Positions 39,183 through 53,170 of a stretch of DNA of 64,000 nucleotides are shown piece by piece. Position 1 is the first letter of the stretch. Each line of letters opens with the position of its first letter. Under the pieces are notes generated by a model that saw only the letters and a program-made list of their open reading frames with translations, had not been told where the DNA came from and ran no database searches. The DNA is from Octopus vulgaris (lineage: Eukaryota), in NCBI GenBank assembly GCA_951406725.2, contig OX597819.1:73036001-73100000 (forward strand), read 5' to 3'. The translations under genes and the position numbers were made by a program.

Positions 39183-39826
39183 ATCATCATCATTGTTGTT
39201 GTTGTTTAACATCCGTTTTCCGTGCTAGCATGGGTTGGATGGTTCGACCGGGGTCTGGGAAGCCAGGAGGCTGCACCAGGCTCCAGTCTGATCTGGCAGT
39301 GTTTCTACAGCTGGATGCCCTTCCTAACGCCAACCACTCCGTGAGTGTAGTGGGTGCTTTTTACATGCCACCAGCACAGGTGCCAGGGGAGGCTGGCAGC
39401 GGCCACATTCAGTTGGTGCTTTTTATGTGCCACCGGCACAGAAGCCAGTCAAGGCAGTGCTGGCATTGGCCACGTTCTGATGGTGCTTTTTGCGTGCCAC
39501 CAGCACAGGTATCACAACTACAATTTCCATTTGATATTTATTTTGATGTTGATGTACTTGACTCAATAGGTCTCCTCAAGCACAGCAAGTCGTTCTGCAA
39601 TCCAAGGTACTTTGGATGGGTTGGGGCTATGCGAAACTGGTGCAGGAAGCAGCCATGAACTCACATTATTTGTCGGGTCTTTGCAGTCACAGCATATCTC
39701 CAGAGATCTCGGTCTTTCGTTATTGCCTCTGTGAGGCCCAACATTCGATGGTCATGCTTGACTACCTCATCCCATGTCTTCCTGGGTCTACCTCTCCCCG
39801 AATACTTTCAACTGTTTGGGAGTGGC
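39183..39826 (-). mobile_element. RTE LINE 3' fragment
   Basis: Minus strand RGRPRKTWDEVVKHD, then 3' UTR and (GAT)n tail. Confidence 0.88.
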
Positions 39827-41476
39827 TCAAAAATCCATTGAACAGCAATCATTCTGGTTACAATAAATTATTTCACTAAGGCTTAGTTATTCACACCTAA
39901 ATAAACTGCCATTCATTGAAGGTTAAATGATTTGGTCTCAAACCTACTTGACTGGAATATGAAACTTAATCAAGTTATTGTTTCTACACTTACCAAGAAC
40001 ATTCTAGAGATACTGCTCTCAGAAGTCAAGTTGGTCCATCTACAACATTAATATAGGAAGGATTTTGTGAAAACAACAAAACTGTAGCCTTGCACTGAAT
40101 TCCTTAAATGGTAACTTCTCCTCGGACAGTTGTGTATCAATTTAGGTAAGAATCTACAAATGAAAAGACAAAATAGTATTAATTTTAAAGTAGCTTAAGT
40201 TTAGGGTTATCTGGATGGAAGGTAAGCAGTTGCCCTGAGGCCAGAGACCTGTTCTAAATTCTTAAAATTGGACGGAAACTACCAAAGGCACCCAAGTACC
40301 AGGAGGTGGTATTCATCCTGGCAAAGGGTCAATCAAGTCTAGCACCCAACAACAGGAATCATTCCTCATACAGACTCCCACACAGTTTCCATATACCAAA
40401 AATTAATTTAAAATAGGTGCAGTTATGGTTGTGTGGATATGGAGTTCGTCCTGTAACCACATGGTTTCAGTCTCTATCCCATTGCATGGTATCAAGGCGG
40501 CGAGCTGGCAGAAACGTTAGCACACCAGGCAAAATGTGTAGCCGTATTTCGTCTGCTGTTACGTTCTGAGTTCAAATTCCGCCGAGGTTGACTTTGCCCA
40601 GTTACGCACTGGGGTCAATATAATCGACTTAATCCGCCTGTCTGTCCTTGTTTGTCTCCTCTGTGTTTAGCCCCCTGTAGGTAGTAAAGAAATAGGTATC
40701 TTGGGCAAGCATCTACTACAGCCTCTCAAATTGTTGTAGGTGTTTTCAAATCAAAACTGGACCTCTTCCTGTCGAGAGTCCCAGATGAACCTACCTCATA
40801 GCAAGAGGTGCAAATGAGGGTAGTGACATCAAACTCCATTCTTCACCAAGTGCCACATATTAGAGGAGGCTCTCAGTAATAACAGTGTAGCAAAACAGCA
40901 GTGCCACAGCTCTGAGCTGAAACTACAAAATATATATATATGTATGTATGTGAATATTTACATTCCAAATATCTGTGCAAAATGGTGATGACCTGTTTAC
41001 ACACTTTATAAATAATACACTGTGTGACTCTGCACCATTTGTGACAGGAGGAGCATCCAGCCGGAATCTACTGCCTTGACAAGTCTTCATTCAACTCATG
41101 CCAGTATGAAGAAGCTAACAAAACATATGAATTAATGAATCTATTAAATAATTAGGTCTTCAGTATCACTTTAATGAGAATCAAATCTAAACAAGATTGC
41201 AAGTGACCGTTGATTGTTTAGGTTTTGTATTTAATGTCCTTTGCTAACATTCAGACAGGAGATTTTTATTTCTTCAGGTCAGAACCCAAAACCAAATGGC
41301 TGGCAAGTAAGCTTCCTAACCACATAGCCATACCTGCTGCTTGCAGTTGTTAAGAATTCTTCACGAATTACTATTTTACAATCAAGCAGATACAGACTAG
41401 CAAAAACTGAATGCCATAACCAGAGTAGATTGATTCCTTAGTTAATAACCCATCAATTTCACGAGTTATGAGATGA

Positions 41477-41722
41477 TTACCGCCACCTTAGCGAAGGCAG
41501 AGGTATTGTTTTCAGTTGTGTTTGTTTGTCTGTGGACAAGATGTCTCAAGAACCACTGGATGGATTCAAATGAAACTTTCAGAGATGTTTGGCCTCATGA
41601 TTGGTACAGACTGATTAGATTTGGGAATTGATCCAGTACCGGGCAAGGATCCTGGATTAATTTTCCTGTTTTTTTTTACTTAATTTTTGAGAGCAGTCAG
41701 GTTCATTTTTAATATTCTCATT
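41477..41722 (+). mobile_element. HINE/DINE-like element, 5' part
   Basis: Homologous to 397-620. Confidence 0.7.
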
Positions 41723-44430
41723 ATTTTTATTTTATTCCTGTTTCTGCTCAGTTTACATCTGTACACAAAGGAGTTGAGAAAATGGCCTAGTGTGAAAGAA
41801 ATCAAATGATGGGCAAGCAGAAATGATGACTGCATTAAAATGAACATTATACAATTGGTCGATACTTGTTGGGCAAAGAATTACCAAATGTACAGGACAC
41901 TGATGGCTGAGGGGAAACATTTCAAGGAAGCCATTGGAAGAAGTGGGTGAGGTAAGAACTCAAAATGGCCATCCTCACAGGGATCAGCTGCAATGGTAGA
42001 ATGTTACAGAGCAGACTTGTTCAACCCATGATAATGATAATAATTCACCAATATATCAATGAGCTATTTTCCTAAGTTTATATAGAACCTCAAACAAATG
42101 GGACTCTATCAAGAACCAATGCTATTTGCTATCATGCAGATGTGGCTGTGTAGTAAGAAGTTTGCTTACAAACCATATGGTTCTGGGTTCAGTCCCACTG
42201 CATAGCACCTTGGGGGAAAATGTCTTTTACAAGAGCCTCAGACTGAGCAAAGTCTTGAGAGTGGATTTGGTCAAAAGAAAATGAAAGAAGCCCTTCCTAT
42301 AACATATGTGTGTGTATGTTTGTGTCTCCTTATGATAGTTGTAAACAAGTGTCACTGCCATGCAAGTGGTGTCATCCATTGCCAATATTCTGCAAGACCA
42401 TGCTTGGCCATGTGGAGAAGGTTGGCAACAGGAAAAACATCCATTTATAGAAAATCTGCCTCAATAAATTCCATCCAACTCGTGCAAACATGGAAAAGTG
42501 GACATTATAAAGATGATGATAGCAGCCGTTTTCTTTTGCAACTTATTTCAGAGAAGACCAAATAATTGTGGACCAATTTATTGGTGGCAAGCTTGATTCC
42601 TTTTGTGAGACAAATTGACTTGAAGAAACACAGCTAACCCTAAAATGCCTCTGCATAAAATCCCAAATAAAAATTTCTACAAATATTTTTTCATGAAACC
42701 AATGATGATAAAGTATAAATTGAAAAACGACTCTACAAGAATTGTCTGAACAATCTGTGTAATGTATTTGATAAGAGAAGGAAGGAGTGACAGAAAGTCT
42801 AGTGATTTTAGGTATTTAGTTACATCCCTTTGGCCTTCAGTTCAAAAAATGATGCTGAAACTGACCTTGCTAGTTATTCTGTTGGATTCATAAACAACGA
42901 GTGAAGAACACCATAAGCAAACATTAACAGTGTGGCAGTGGGTGGTACAGTAGGCAGAACATTAGGGTTCAAATCCCACAATCATGGAATTTGCCTTGTG
43001 GTTTTTATAAAATAGGAATCAAACAAGGTCAAGGGATAGTGGCCATGCTGGAGCACTGCCCCGAAGGTTTTAGTCAAATGAATCAAGCCCAGTGCTTATT
43101 CTATTGGTCTATTTTGCTGAACTACTAAGTTATAGGGATGCAAACAAACCAACACTAGTTGTCAAATAATGAGGAGACAAACACACATATATATTCAATG
43201 GGCCTCAACACAGTTTCTGTCCACCGAATTTACACAGAAGGCATTGGCCAGCCCAGGGTTATAGGAGAGGGAGACACTCGTTCAAATTCTTACACAGTGG
43301 AACTCTACTTAAAACAACATGGTTGCAAAGCAAGACTCTTAACCAAATAAATTAATTAAATACTATGCATATATAATTCAGACACACATATTGCTACACA
43401 AGGAAGTCTTTCTGAATGTGCCAACTTCATATGAAACGAGGACCTTTATAGTAAATATGAATTAACATTCTGAATTGAATTTTACATTTAAAAACTAATC
43501 AAATTCATTTGGTGCAAGGAACCCTGGTTTCCATGCCTCGTGTATGGTACACATTCCCGATCTTTGACCACCAGAATAACTTAGAGACTTATGAAAGGAA
43601 AGCTTTATATCACTCAGAGTGTATGAAACACAGAGTAACTAAAAGCCTGAAAGCAAGCAAAAACACTCAGGACAAACTTATGAAAATGCTTGGGGCAGAA
43701 AAAGGGTTAAATTAACATTAAAATGTCCTGGAATGTGTTAGCAACACACCTATATTTAAAACATTCCACAATCGATATTCTAATATTTAGCATATTGTTT
43801 GTTTTGTTTATGTTTTTTTTTTCCATTTATTACCAATAAACTGAAAAGTTAATTAAATTAAATTCTGGAAGATCTAGTTAATATTTCGAAAAAGACTATA
43901 ATCTTATAAACAACAATTTTGACATTTAAAGAACAGATTAGTTGACAGATCAAACGACAATGAAATTTTCAAACAAAACAGGAAGGAGATTTTGATATTA
44001 AAGAAGCGAGAAGGATATTGGTAATTTACAGCAAATCCAACAAAAGATGTTCCTAGAAGTGAATAAATGGTTTCTTGGGTTTTACAGATGAAAACAAAGA
44101 GTCGAAGGGTTCTTGGATTATGTTTTGACAAGTGACACTTTAGGACACACATTGAATACAGAAGAATTGGAAAGGAACAAAAATATAAAAACAAAACTTT
44201 CTCCAGGAAGGGAAAGGCGACGTTCTTGGAATGTGAAACGGTTTCTCCATACTGACGATGACGGGACAAGCTTGTGTGTGTGTGTGTGTTTTCCCCTACG
44301 TCTATAACTTATTAATTAATGTATTTTCTCATGACATCTGGTGGATATCTATTTTAATATCCACCATATTAATTTATCAGAATTTTCTATTTACAAATTA
44401 TAAAGGGCGGAGGTGTAGAATACGCAGCCA

Positions 44431-44476
<46 letters not shown>

Positions 44477-45454
44477 CATACACACAGACGTGTGTGTATT
44501 TTTGTTTGGAATAATTGTTTCCTGTATATGCCGCCTGTCTCAGACTTCGAAGTCATTTAACACTTCACTAGTTCTGGTTCCATTACCCAACTCATCTTCA
44601 TATTGCAAATTTTGAAGTGGTGGCCATCTCCACAAAATTAGCTTCAGGCCACAAGGATCGTCTCCGGTGAAAGGAATATATTCATCATCGATCGGGTAAA
44701 TCCTAGATCTGCAGGGTTTGCTACTTAACCCAAGGGGGTTTTTTTCTCAAGGGTCGTTATCACACTACATTCCTATGCTGTACATTCTATCATTCCTAGT
44801 TTCCTTCATGCGATTCTTGTGTAAGACCCACCACACACACTTTTCTAACCGATCCTCGCATTGTCCCTTCCAAACTCGCCCCGGTGGTGATAAAACAAAT
44901 TATTATTATTATTACTACTATTATTACTGTTTACTAACTAGCTTTTACTGTGAAAGTAAAAGTAACAAGACTTCAAATGTAAAACAAGGGAACGAAATTT
45001 ACAAGTGGGTTTAAACTGAAACGAGACCGCGACCCGGTTTCGATTCCAGGACGAAGCTAAATGCTAGTTCGATCTCACTTTTTACTCCCAACAGAAATTT
45101 AAAACTGACCCTGATATCTAAGAAATGCATATAAATAACAAAAACAAGATTGTATGTATGTATGTGGTTGTGTGTGTGTGTGTGTGTGCAGATAAAAATT
45201 AGGTGCAGTTGAAAGACCGACGATCAGAGTGTTTTGTCTGATTTCAAAATACGTTATAAACATTAGGTTTGGCCATGTTTCATGGGATATAACTATTTCC
45301 CAGTGTAATCAAAATATAATAATAATCATAATAAACATGGTGATTATATTTGCAAGTACAATGTTTTTAAACGTTATGGCAACTTGTGTCCCAAGTCAGC
45401 CTCCCTAGATTTACCGACAAAGTTTAGTTGAAATTATTATACAAATGACAAAAT

Positions 45455-45876
45455 CATGATGTGTGTGTACGTATGTGTATATATATATATATATACACAC
45501 ATATATGTGCATATATATGTATATATATACACATATATGTGCATATATATGTATATATATATACATACACATATATGTATGTATATGTATATATACACAC
45601 ATATATACATACACATATAGATATATATATATATATATATATACATACACATATATATAGATATATATATTCATATATACAATATACACAACATACAATA
45701 TATACAACAGACATATGTACGATATATATATATACATAAATACACACACACACAACAAACATACAATAGACACATTCATCATCATATCACACATGAACCA
45801 CATTACAACGTACAATATATATATAACACATTATATACAATACATATATCACACAACACTGCTGTCATACATATGT

Positions 45877-45922
<46 letters not shown>

Positions 45923-45940
45923 ATACATGTGTGTGTGTGC
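45455..45940. repeat. Compound (TA)n/(CA)n microsatellite
   Basis: Direct reading. Confidence 0.95.
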
Positions 45941-46075
45941 ATAGACTGTCTAATAATATTGGTAGAGCTTTCCGACTCATGTCTGTTTTACATGACCAAG
46001 CAATGACAGAAAAAGAAACTGTTTCAACATGTAAATGTTATTGTGTCTCACATTGTATCTGGTGCTTGGTCTCAC

Positions 46076-46230
46076 CTTCCTTTTTCGCTCCGGTCGTCGT
46101 GTTTGTTTTGAATACGGATGTTTATGAGGATATATTTTCCTTTATTCTTCTTCGTCGTTCAGTCCCTTCCATGAAGGGTGAACTGGAAATGTTGCTGCAA
46201 GACGAATAAAAGAGTTCAATGGTAGAAAGA
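46076..46230 (-). other. Probable non-coding first exon of the ZNF gene (start approximate)
   Basis: Non-repetitive CpG-rich sequence ending GGAAG|GTGAGA on minus (donor 46075-46074); contains uORF MEGTERRRRIKENISS* (46172-46122). Confidence 0.5.
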
Positions 46231-46379
46231 GAGAGGGAAAGAGGGAGAGAGAGAATAGTAGAAAGAGAGACAAACAGAGAGGGAGAGGTAAAGGGAGATA
46301 GAAAATGAGTGAGGAGGGAAATGTGATAGAGAGGGAGAAGAAGAAAAAAGGAGGGAGAAAAGAGAGGGAGAAAGGGAGA

Positions 46380-46458
46380 GCGCCATCTAGAGAGAGAGGA
46401 CGACAAAGAAAGGCAGAGGTAAAGAGGGAGGGAACAAGAGCGAGCGCCATCTGGAGAG
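46380..46458 (-). promoter_or_regulatory. Two tandem CTCF-like motifs
   Basis: Minus strand CTAGATGGCGC (46390-46380) and CCAGATGGCGC (46454-46444), 64 bp apart in a GA-rich tract. Confidence 0.5.
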
Positions 46459-46582
46459 AAGAGATAGTCTCCCCTCTGTTCGTCGTTCAATGGCTCAGAA
46501 ATGATATATATAATATATCTTTATCTATATATATATATGACAGATAGATATGTGTGTGTGTATATATATATATGTGTGTATG

Positions 46583-46613
<31 letters not shown>

Positions 46614-46679
46614 TAAGGTATGTAGAAAAATACAACATGGACAAGAACGTATAACTCTTAGAAGACGACACAGTGTGTG

Positions 46680-46718
<39 letters not shown>

Positions 46719-46888
46719 TAGCTATATAGAGTGAGGGAGAGCTAAAGCTGAGAGTAATATAAAATATATATATAGACATATTGTTAAGGATATTTGTGGA
46801 GATATGTAAAAAAAATGGTTTGTTTTTATAAAATCACCTGGTATTTGCTGGACAGTTGAGAAAGAGTTTAGTATAGAAGGGAAATACC

Positions 46889-46922
<34 letters not shown>

Positions 46923-48039
46923 TTATCTGTCTATCTATCTCTCTATTTGTGTGTGTGTGTAAAAGTTCTCTGCCCTTGATCACAGAGCGGGAGAGTTAAC
47001 GAAATAAACATACATACATATGTGGAGAAGGGGAAGGGTGAACCCACAAAATAGAAAAGAAAATAGAGAAGTAAAGGGATTTGAGTCACAGAAGAGAGAC
47101 AGAGATATGGTGATGGGTAAATAGATAGATAGAAATACGTATGTATGTATAGATAGATAGATAGAAAGACGTGGGGAAATAGAGAAAGAGAATGCTAATA
47201 ATCGAAAGAAGAGGAAAGGAAAGGATGAGAGAAAGAGTTAAAAGATGAGTAGTGAAAGAATGGGAGAGTGAAGGGAGGAACAAATTAGAAAACTTGATAT
47301 AAACGCCTGGAAGAAGGATATTAAAGAGAGAGAGAGAGGGAGAGAGTCGACGTGAAAGAGATGGATTGGATTATGGAAATGAAAGCACGTAATAGAAATA
47401 TATACGATAGAGAGATAATGGCAGAGAGAGGCGACGGGAGGAAAGACAAAGCAAGATGGAAGTATAGGAGACTGAAAAATAGATAGATAGATAGATAGAT
47501 GGAGATTAATAAAAAGAAGGAGAAGTAAAGGGATTTTTATATGGAGAAAGTGTCTGTTGGAAAAACGTTGTTTGTAAAAATGTCTATATAGGTATATAAG
47601 AGAGAGCTGTTAAGGCAAGAAATAAAGGCAGAGATTGAGTTCAGGAAAAGTAGGCCTGCCAGGCCAAGAAAGGGGTGAGGGAAAATTGTAAAGGAAAACG
47701 TGTATCTTATTTTATTGCTAGAGGAGGATTCGATCTATGGACAATTTGTTTTAGTAGTTGATTTGTTACTACAGCACCAAACTAATCTCAGTTCTGTGTC
47801 TGTGAAGAAAGGGCAAGTGGAGAGAGAGCAAGACAAATGTTAAGAGATAGAAGAGTGGTTTACTAATATTAACAAAAGATATGGACACATTCAGAGAAAG
47901 AAAAAAACAGAAAAAAGACACAAAACAGAAAATGGAATCTGGGTCTATTGAGAGGAATAATTCTTAGAAATGAAAATTTTAGTTTCATTCTTTTAAAGCT
48001 ATAAAGTCATCCAATAGGATTGGGATCGTCATTCTTTTC

Positions 48040-48377
48040 AATTCTCTCTCTCCCTTCCTCTCTACTTCTCTCTTCTCTTCTCTCCCTCTCCACCCCCTCT
48101 TTCAACTCTGTCCTACCTTCACTGTCTCCTCCCTCTCTTTATTCCTCTCTCTTTCCTCTCCTTTCCTATTTCTCCCTCCTTCCTGCTCTCTTTCTCCTTT
48201 CCTCTCTCCCTCCCTGTCCTTCCTCCCCACTCCCCCTTTCCCCTCTCTCCATTCTGTCCTCCCTTCACTCTCACCTCCTTGTCTCTATTCCTCTCTCTCT
48301 CCCTCCCTGTCCTTCCCAGTTTTCTCCCTCTCTCTTCCTCTCTCTCTCTCCTTCCTCTACCTCCTCTCCCTCTCTTT
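48040..48377. repeat. Polypyrimidine (CT-rich) low-complexity tract
   Basis: About 340 nt almost exclusively C/T. Confidence 0.9.
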
Positions 48378-51300
48378 AAAATGACATGTGACTTTCAATC
48401 TTAATTTACAAGATATATTTAAACATTAACTTACAAATAATCAAGTCAATATACAACTAAAATTTTTGATATTCTTATTTTTTATATATACATTTTATGG
48501 CACAGACATGGCTGTATGGTTATAAGCTTCTGTTTCAACCACATGGTTCCAGGTTCAGTCCTGCTGTGTGGCTCCTTGGACAAGTGTCTTGCGAGTGGAT
48601 TTGGTAGACAGAAACTGAAAAAAGCTGTGTGTGTGTATGTGTCTTTACTTCTGCATTTATCTTCCATCACCACTTGAAAACCAGTGTTGGTGTGTTTATG
48701 TCCCCCTAACTTAGAAGTTTGACAAGAGAGACCAATAAAATAAGTACCTGGCTTTAATAAACAGTAATGTAGTCAACTCGTTCTTCAAGGCAGTGCTCCA
48801 GCATGGCCGCAGTCTAAAAAAGATAAAAGACATGTAAAACTAACAACTGGACACATTAAATGCAAAATATTCTGAAGACAGTGGAGTTTCATAATAAGAA
48901 CACCCATAACTTTTTTTTTTCCTAAAAAGTGTATTTTTTGGTTTTTTATGTTATTGTCGTAAGCTCTTAAGTTTCAAACATGAAATTCAGAAAAAAATAT
49001 TTCAAAAAAGTTAAAGAGGAAAATGTATAACAAGTTTTATAAACGGGAAATAGAAAAGAAGGGATTGTAAAAAATTGTAAAAAATTAAAATAATCTTTTA
49101 TCTTTTACTTCTTTGAGAACTACAGCCATGCTGGTGCAACACCTTGAAGAGTTTCATCAAACAAACTGACCCCTGTACTTTTTTTTTTTTTGTTAAGTCT
49201 GGTGCTTCTATCAAACACTTATGCCAAAATGTTAAGTCACAGGCATGTAAACAAACCAACACTTGTCAAACAGTGATGGGTTACAATGCTGGCATGGAGT
49301 GGATGGCTTGACCAGAGCTGGCAAACCAGACAGCTACACCAGGCTTCCATTGTCTATTGTAGCATGTTGTTTTCCTTTGTCTGTTTTTATTGCTCAATGC
49401 CCTTCTTAATGAAAACTACTTTACAAAGTGTACTGGCTGCTTTTTACCTGGCACCCGCACTGGTAAGGTCTGTTTTGGTATGGTTTTTACAGCTGAATGC
49501 TCTTCCGAATGCCAACCACCTTACAGTTTAGGCTCGGTGCTTTTCACATGGCACCAGCACTGGCAAGATCACCAAATAACTTGCAAGACAAAGATCCTTT
49601 TAAACTGAGGAGTACTCGAGGAGGTGGATTTGTGCCAGACAATGAGAGAGGGATAGAAGCAGATGTCTTGCTGTAGAGGACAATACATGGTTACCACAGT
49701 CAGAGGGAGAGAGAGAGTGCTCAAGAATGAGAGAGAACAAGAGAGAGGGAATGACGATGGCTATGCACCAGGGCATACTCTCAAGGTAAGGGGATGAGAA
49801 TCTAAATTGGATGGTAGAGCACTGCTAAGGCTGCAATACACACACATGAAGGGCTTCTTTCAGTTTCCGTCTACCAAATCCACTCACAAAGTTTTGGTTG
49901 GCCCAGTGCTATTGCAAAAGACACTTGTCCATGGTGCCATGCAATGGGACTAAACCCATTGGATTCACTTTTATTAAACCTTAATCACTGATGTTTAAAA
50001 GTAATTTTCAAAAATAATTTTTTTAAGTTACAAAGACAGGAGTAGTGGAGGTTTCACCATTCCTGATAAATGTTTCAGCAGTGAACATGCAATGTGCATT
50101 AGCCAACCATAATGGTAACTGGAACAAAAAAAGCAAAAGTTTAGCTACATGAAGACACTGGTACGACTTGCCAAACTTCCAAGAATCTGTCCTAAAAACA
50201 GCATTGAAACTGGATTCACTTATTAAGTCTGTGTGTGTGTGAAATTGTGTGTGAGTGCATGTGTGTGTATGTGTGTGTTTGTGAGTTTGTTTGTTTATGT
50301 GTGTGTGTGTGTGAGTGCATGTGTGTGAGTGTATGTGTGTGTGTGTGTGCAACTTCATGTGGGAGACTCTGTATCTCACCTCATCTTCACATGTGTTCCC
50401 TGGCTGAAATCAAATGCCTCACTGTTTGTACAGGTGGTGTGATTTCCTTGCAATCCTTCATAAGAGCATATCCAGGCTTCTTGAAATGACTTGACATGTT
50501 GCACAGACTTTGGTAAACAAAGGTTCATTGTTCAAACAATGTCATTCATTTCCAATTCTCCACATAACCATGTCCAAGCTGTTCATTGCTTGACAGACTG
50601 GAGGCATTTGGAAACAGGAAGTGATGCTTACAAAGCAAACTTTTTAGCCACACGATTTAATGTTAAGTAAGTATTCTCATCACATTCTTTTCAAATTTTA
50701 GCACAAGGCCAGCAGTTTTGAGGGGCTGGTGGGGCAAGGTGATTACATTGATCCCAGTGCATAACTGGTACTTATTTTAATAACCCTGAAAGGATACAAG
50801 CAAAAAGCAAAGTATTTGAACTTAGAATGTGAAGAGCAAGAAGTATCACCGAGCATTTTGTCAGGTGTAGCAGCAGTTCTACCTGTTCACCATCTTTAAC
50901 AAAGTGTCAACAGAATTAATGAACCGAGCATCACAAATTTAATTAGAAATGCTGATACAATAAAAGGAAGTCAATGAATATTATTATTTTTATAATTTCA
51001 GAAAGTAAAGGAGATAACTATGAACATGTTTCACTTTTATGAGACCTCCTCAGCTAAGCATATACTTCACTGTGCTTGCTGAACTAAGGGTGATAGATGT
51101 TGACAAATATAATTATCATAATCTGAAAAATAAAACCTGTGAATTCATTCACATCACTACACCACTACACATTTCATATTTATGACATTTTCAATGACCA
51201 CAGCAGAGAGTAAAATATATGTATGGTGGTCATCGCATAAAATAATACTCAAATTCAACTGGTTATAAAATTAGTGGAAAGATGAATGAGTAAGAAACGA

Positions 51301-51724
51301 TAGAGGGGTGAATTAAATGTTTTTATTGTATTTAATTACATCCCTTTGAAGTCTGAGTTCAAATCTCAGTGAGGTCAACTCTTATCATCATCAACAACAT
51401 CATTATTATAGTTGCCCCTAAAGCAGCGAGCTGGCAGAATTGTTAGCACGCTGGATGAAATGCTTAGCAGTATTTTGCTCGTCACTATGTTCTGAGTTCA
51501 AATTCCACCAAGGTTGACTTTACCTTTCATCCTTTCGAGGTCAATAAATTAAGTACCAGTCAAATGCTGGTATTGATCTATTCAACTGGCCCCTTCCCCC
51601 TAAAATTTCGGGCCTTGTGCCTAGAGTGAAAAAAAAATAATTAAAAAAATTAATTAATTACCAGTTTAACACTAGGGTCAATGTAATCAACTCATCTCCA
51701 CCTATATATATATATATATTCTTA

Positions 51725-51933
51725 CTCTTTTACTTGTTTCAGTCATTTAAATGTGGCCATGCTGGAGCACCACATTTAGTCGAGCAAATCGACCCCAGGA
51801 CTTATTCTTTGTAAGCCTAGTACTTATTTTATCGGTTCCTTTTGTTGAACCGCTAAGTTACGGGGACATAAACACACCATCATCGGTTGTCAAGCGATGT
51901 TGGGGGGACAAACACAGACACACAAACATATAT

Positions 51934-51965
<32 letters not shown>

Positions 51966-52155
51966 TTATATACACATAAATACATATATACAACAGACTT
52001 CTTTCAGTTTCTGTCTACCAAATCCACTCACAAGGCTTTGGTCAGCCCAAGGCTATTGTAGAAGACACTTGCCCAAGGTGCCACGCAGTGGGACTGAACC
52101 TGGAACCATGTGGTTCATAAGCAATCTACTTACCACACAGCCACTCCTATGCCTA
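51725..52155 (-). mobile_element. Full-length SINE family A with internal microsatellite
   Basis: Reverse complement of the family-A head at 52155; tail at 51725. Confidence 0.88.
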
Positions 52156-52179
52156 TATATATATATATATATATATATA

Positions 52180-52950
52180 TACTACAAAATTAGAAAATGG
52201 AGAAACCTACTTAAATCAATCAAACATCAACCATCAGATGATACCCAAACAATACTTTATTACACCATTACATAACAGTAAAGGCATTATACAAAATATA
52301 TTGTATAGAATAACTGTGCTTATTAATATATATTGATATATATTTTGTTTTGTTTATCTTGTATTATTGTATTAATGAATATATATATATACGTGTAGTA
52401 TTATGGTGTCTATGCACACGTTTTTATATTTTACATTTTTATATTTATATGTATATGGAAAAAATAATTTTTTCACAATTATAATTTATTAAATTCTCTG
52501 AAGAGGCCGTGGGGCATTCTTGTTAATGTCTCATTTATACCTGCCTTATATGGCTTATAGGTTAAATGAGGCATGCTTGCCCTTATTGCCGAAACAGCTG
52601 TCAGATATGATATAATTACATATTATATTTTATATTTTATATTTCTATTTCCTTGTCTAATTATATTTACAATATATTTTGTATAATGCCTTTACTGTTA
52701 TGTAATGGTGTAATAAAGTATTGTTTGGGTATCATCTGATGGTTGATGTTTGATTGATTTAAGTATGTTTCTCCATTTTCTAATTTTGTAGTATTAATTT
52801 ACGGTAATATTTTTACCTTTGCCCATATAATACAGTAGATGAACTAATTGCTTGGCAATTTTTAACATTTATGTATTAGTCTTGTTGGGTACCTCTCTAG
52901 CAGTATATTGGATATATGTTATCCCATGGTGGGTTGAATTTTCAACCCTA
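52180..52950 (+). mobile_element. Penelope-like pseudo-LTR remnant with inverted partial duplication
   Basis: 126-bp arms 52180-52305 and 52668-52793 (1 mismatch) bracket a hammerhead; inserted in (TA)n. Confidence 0.7.
52494..52607 (+). ncRNA. Hammerhead ribozyme with intact core and long stem II
   Basis: UCU-CUGAAGA-GGC..(80 nt)..GCC-GAAAC-AGCU-GUC^AGA; predicted cleavage after 52602. Confidence 0.8.
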
Positions 52951-52953
52951 TCT

Positions 52954-53009
<56 letters not shown>

Positions 53010-53108
53010 TATATATATATATATATTGGTTATTTATCTATTGGTTTATGTCTATCACTGATTGAGTTGCATAATAGTGGTTTTATCTCTAATTTATATT
53101 TTATATAT

Positions 53109-53147
<39 letters not shown>

Positions 53148-53170
53148 CACATACATACATACATATAAGG

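Noticed and set aside
45020-45058. tRNA-like T-arm ccggtttcgattccagg
   Set aside because: Only a 3'-half resemblance, with no A box or cloverleaf upstream
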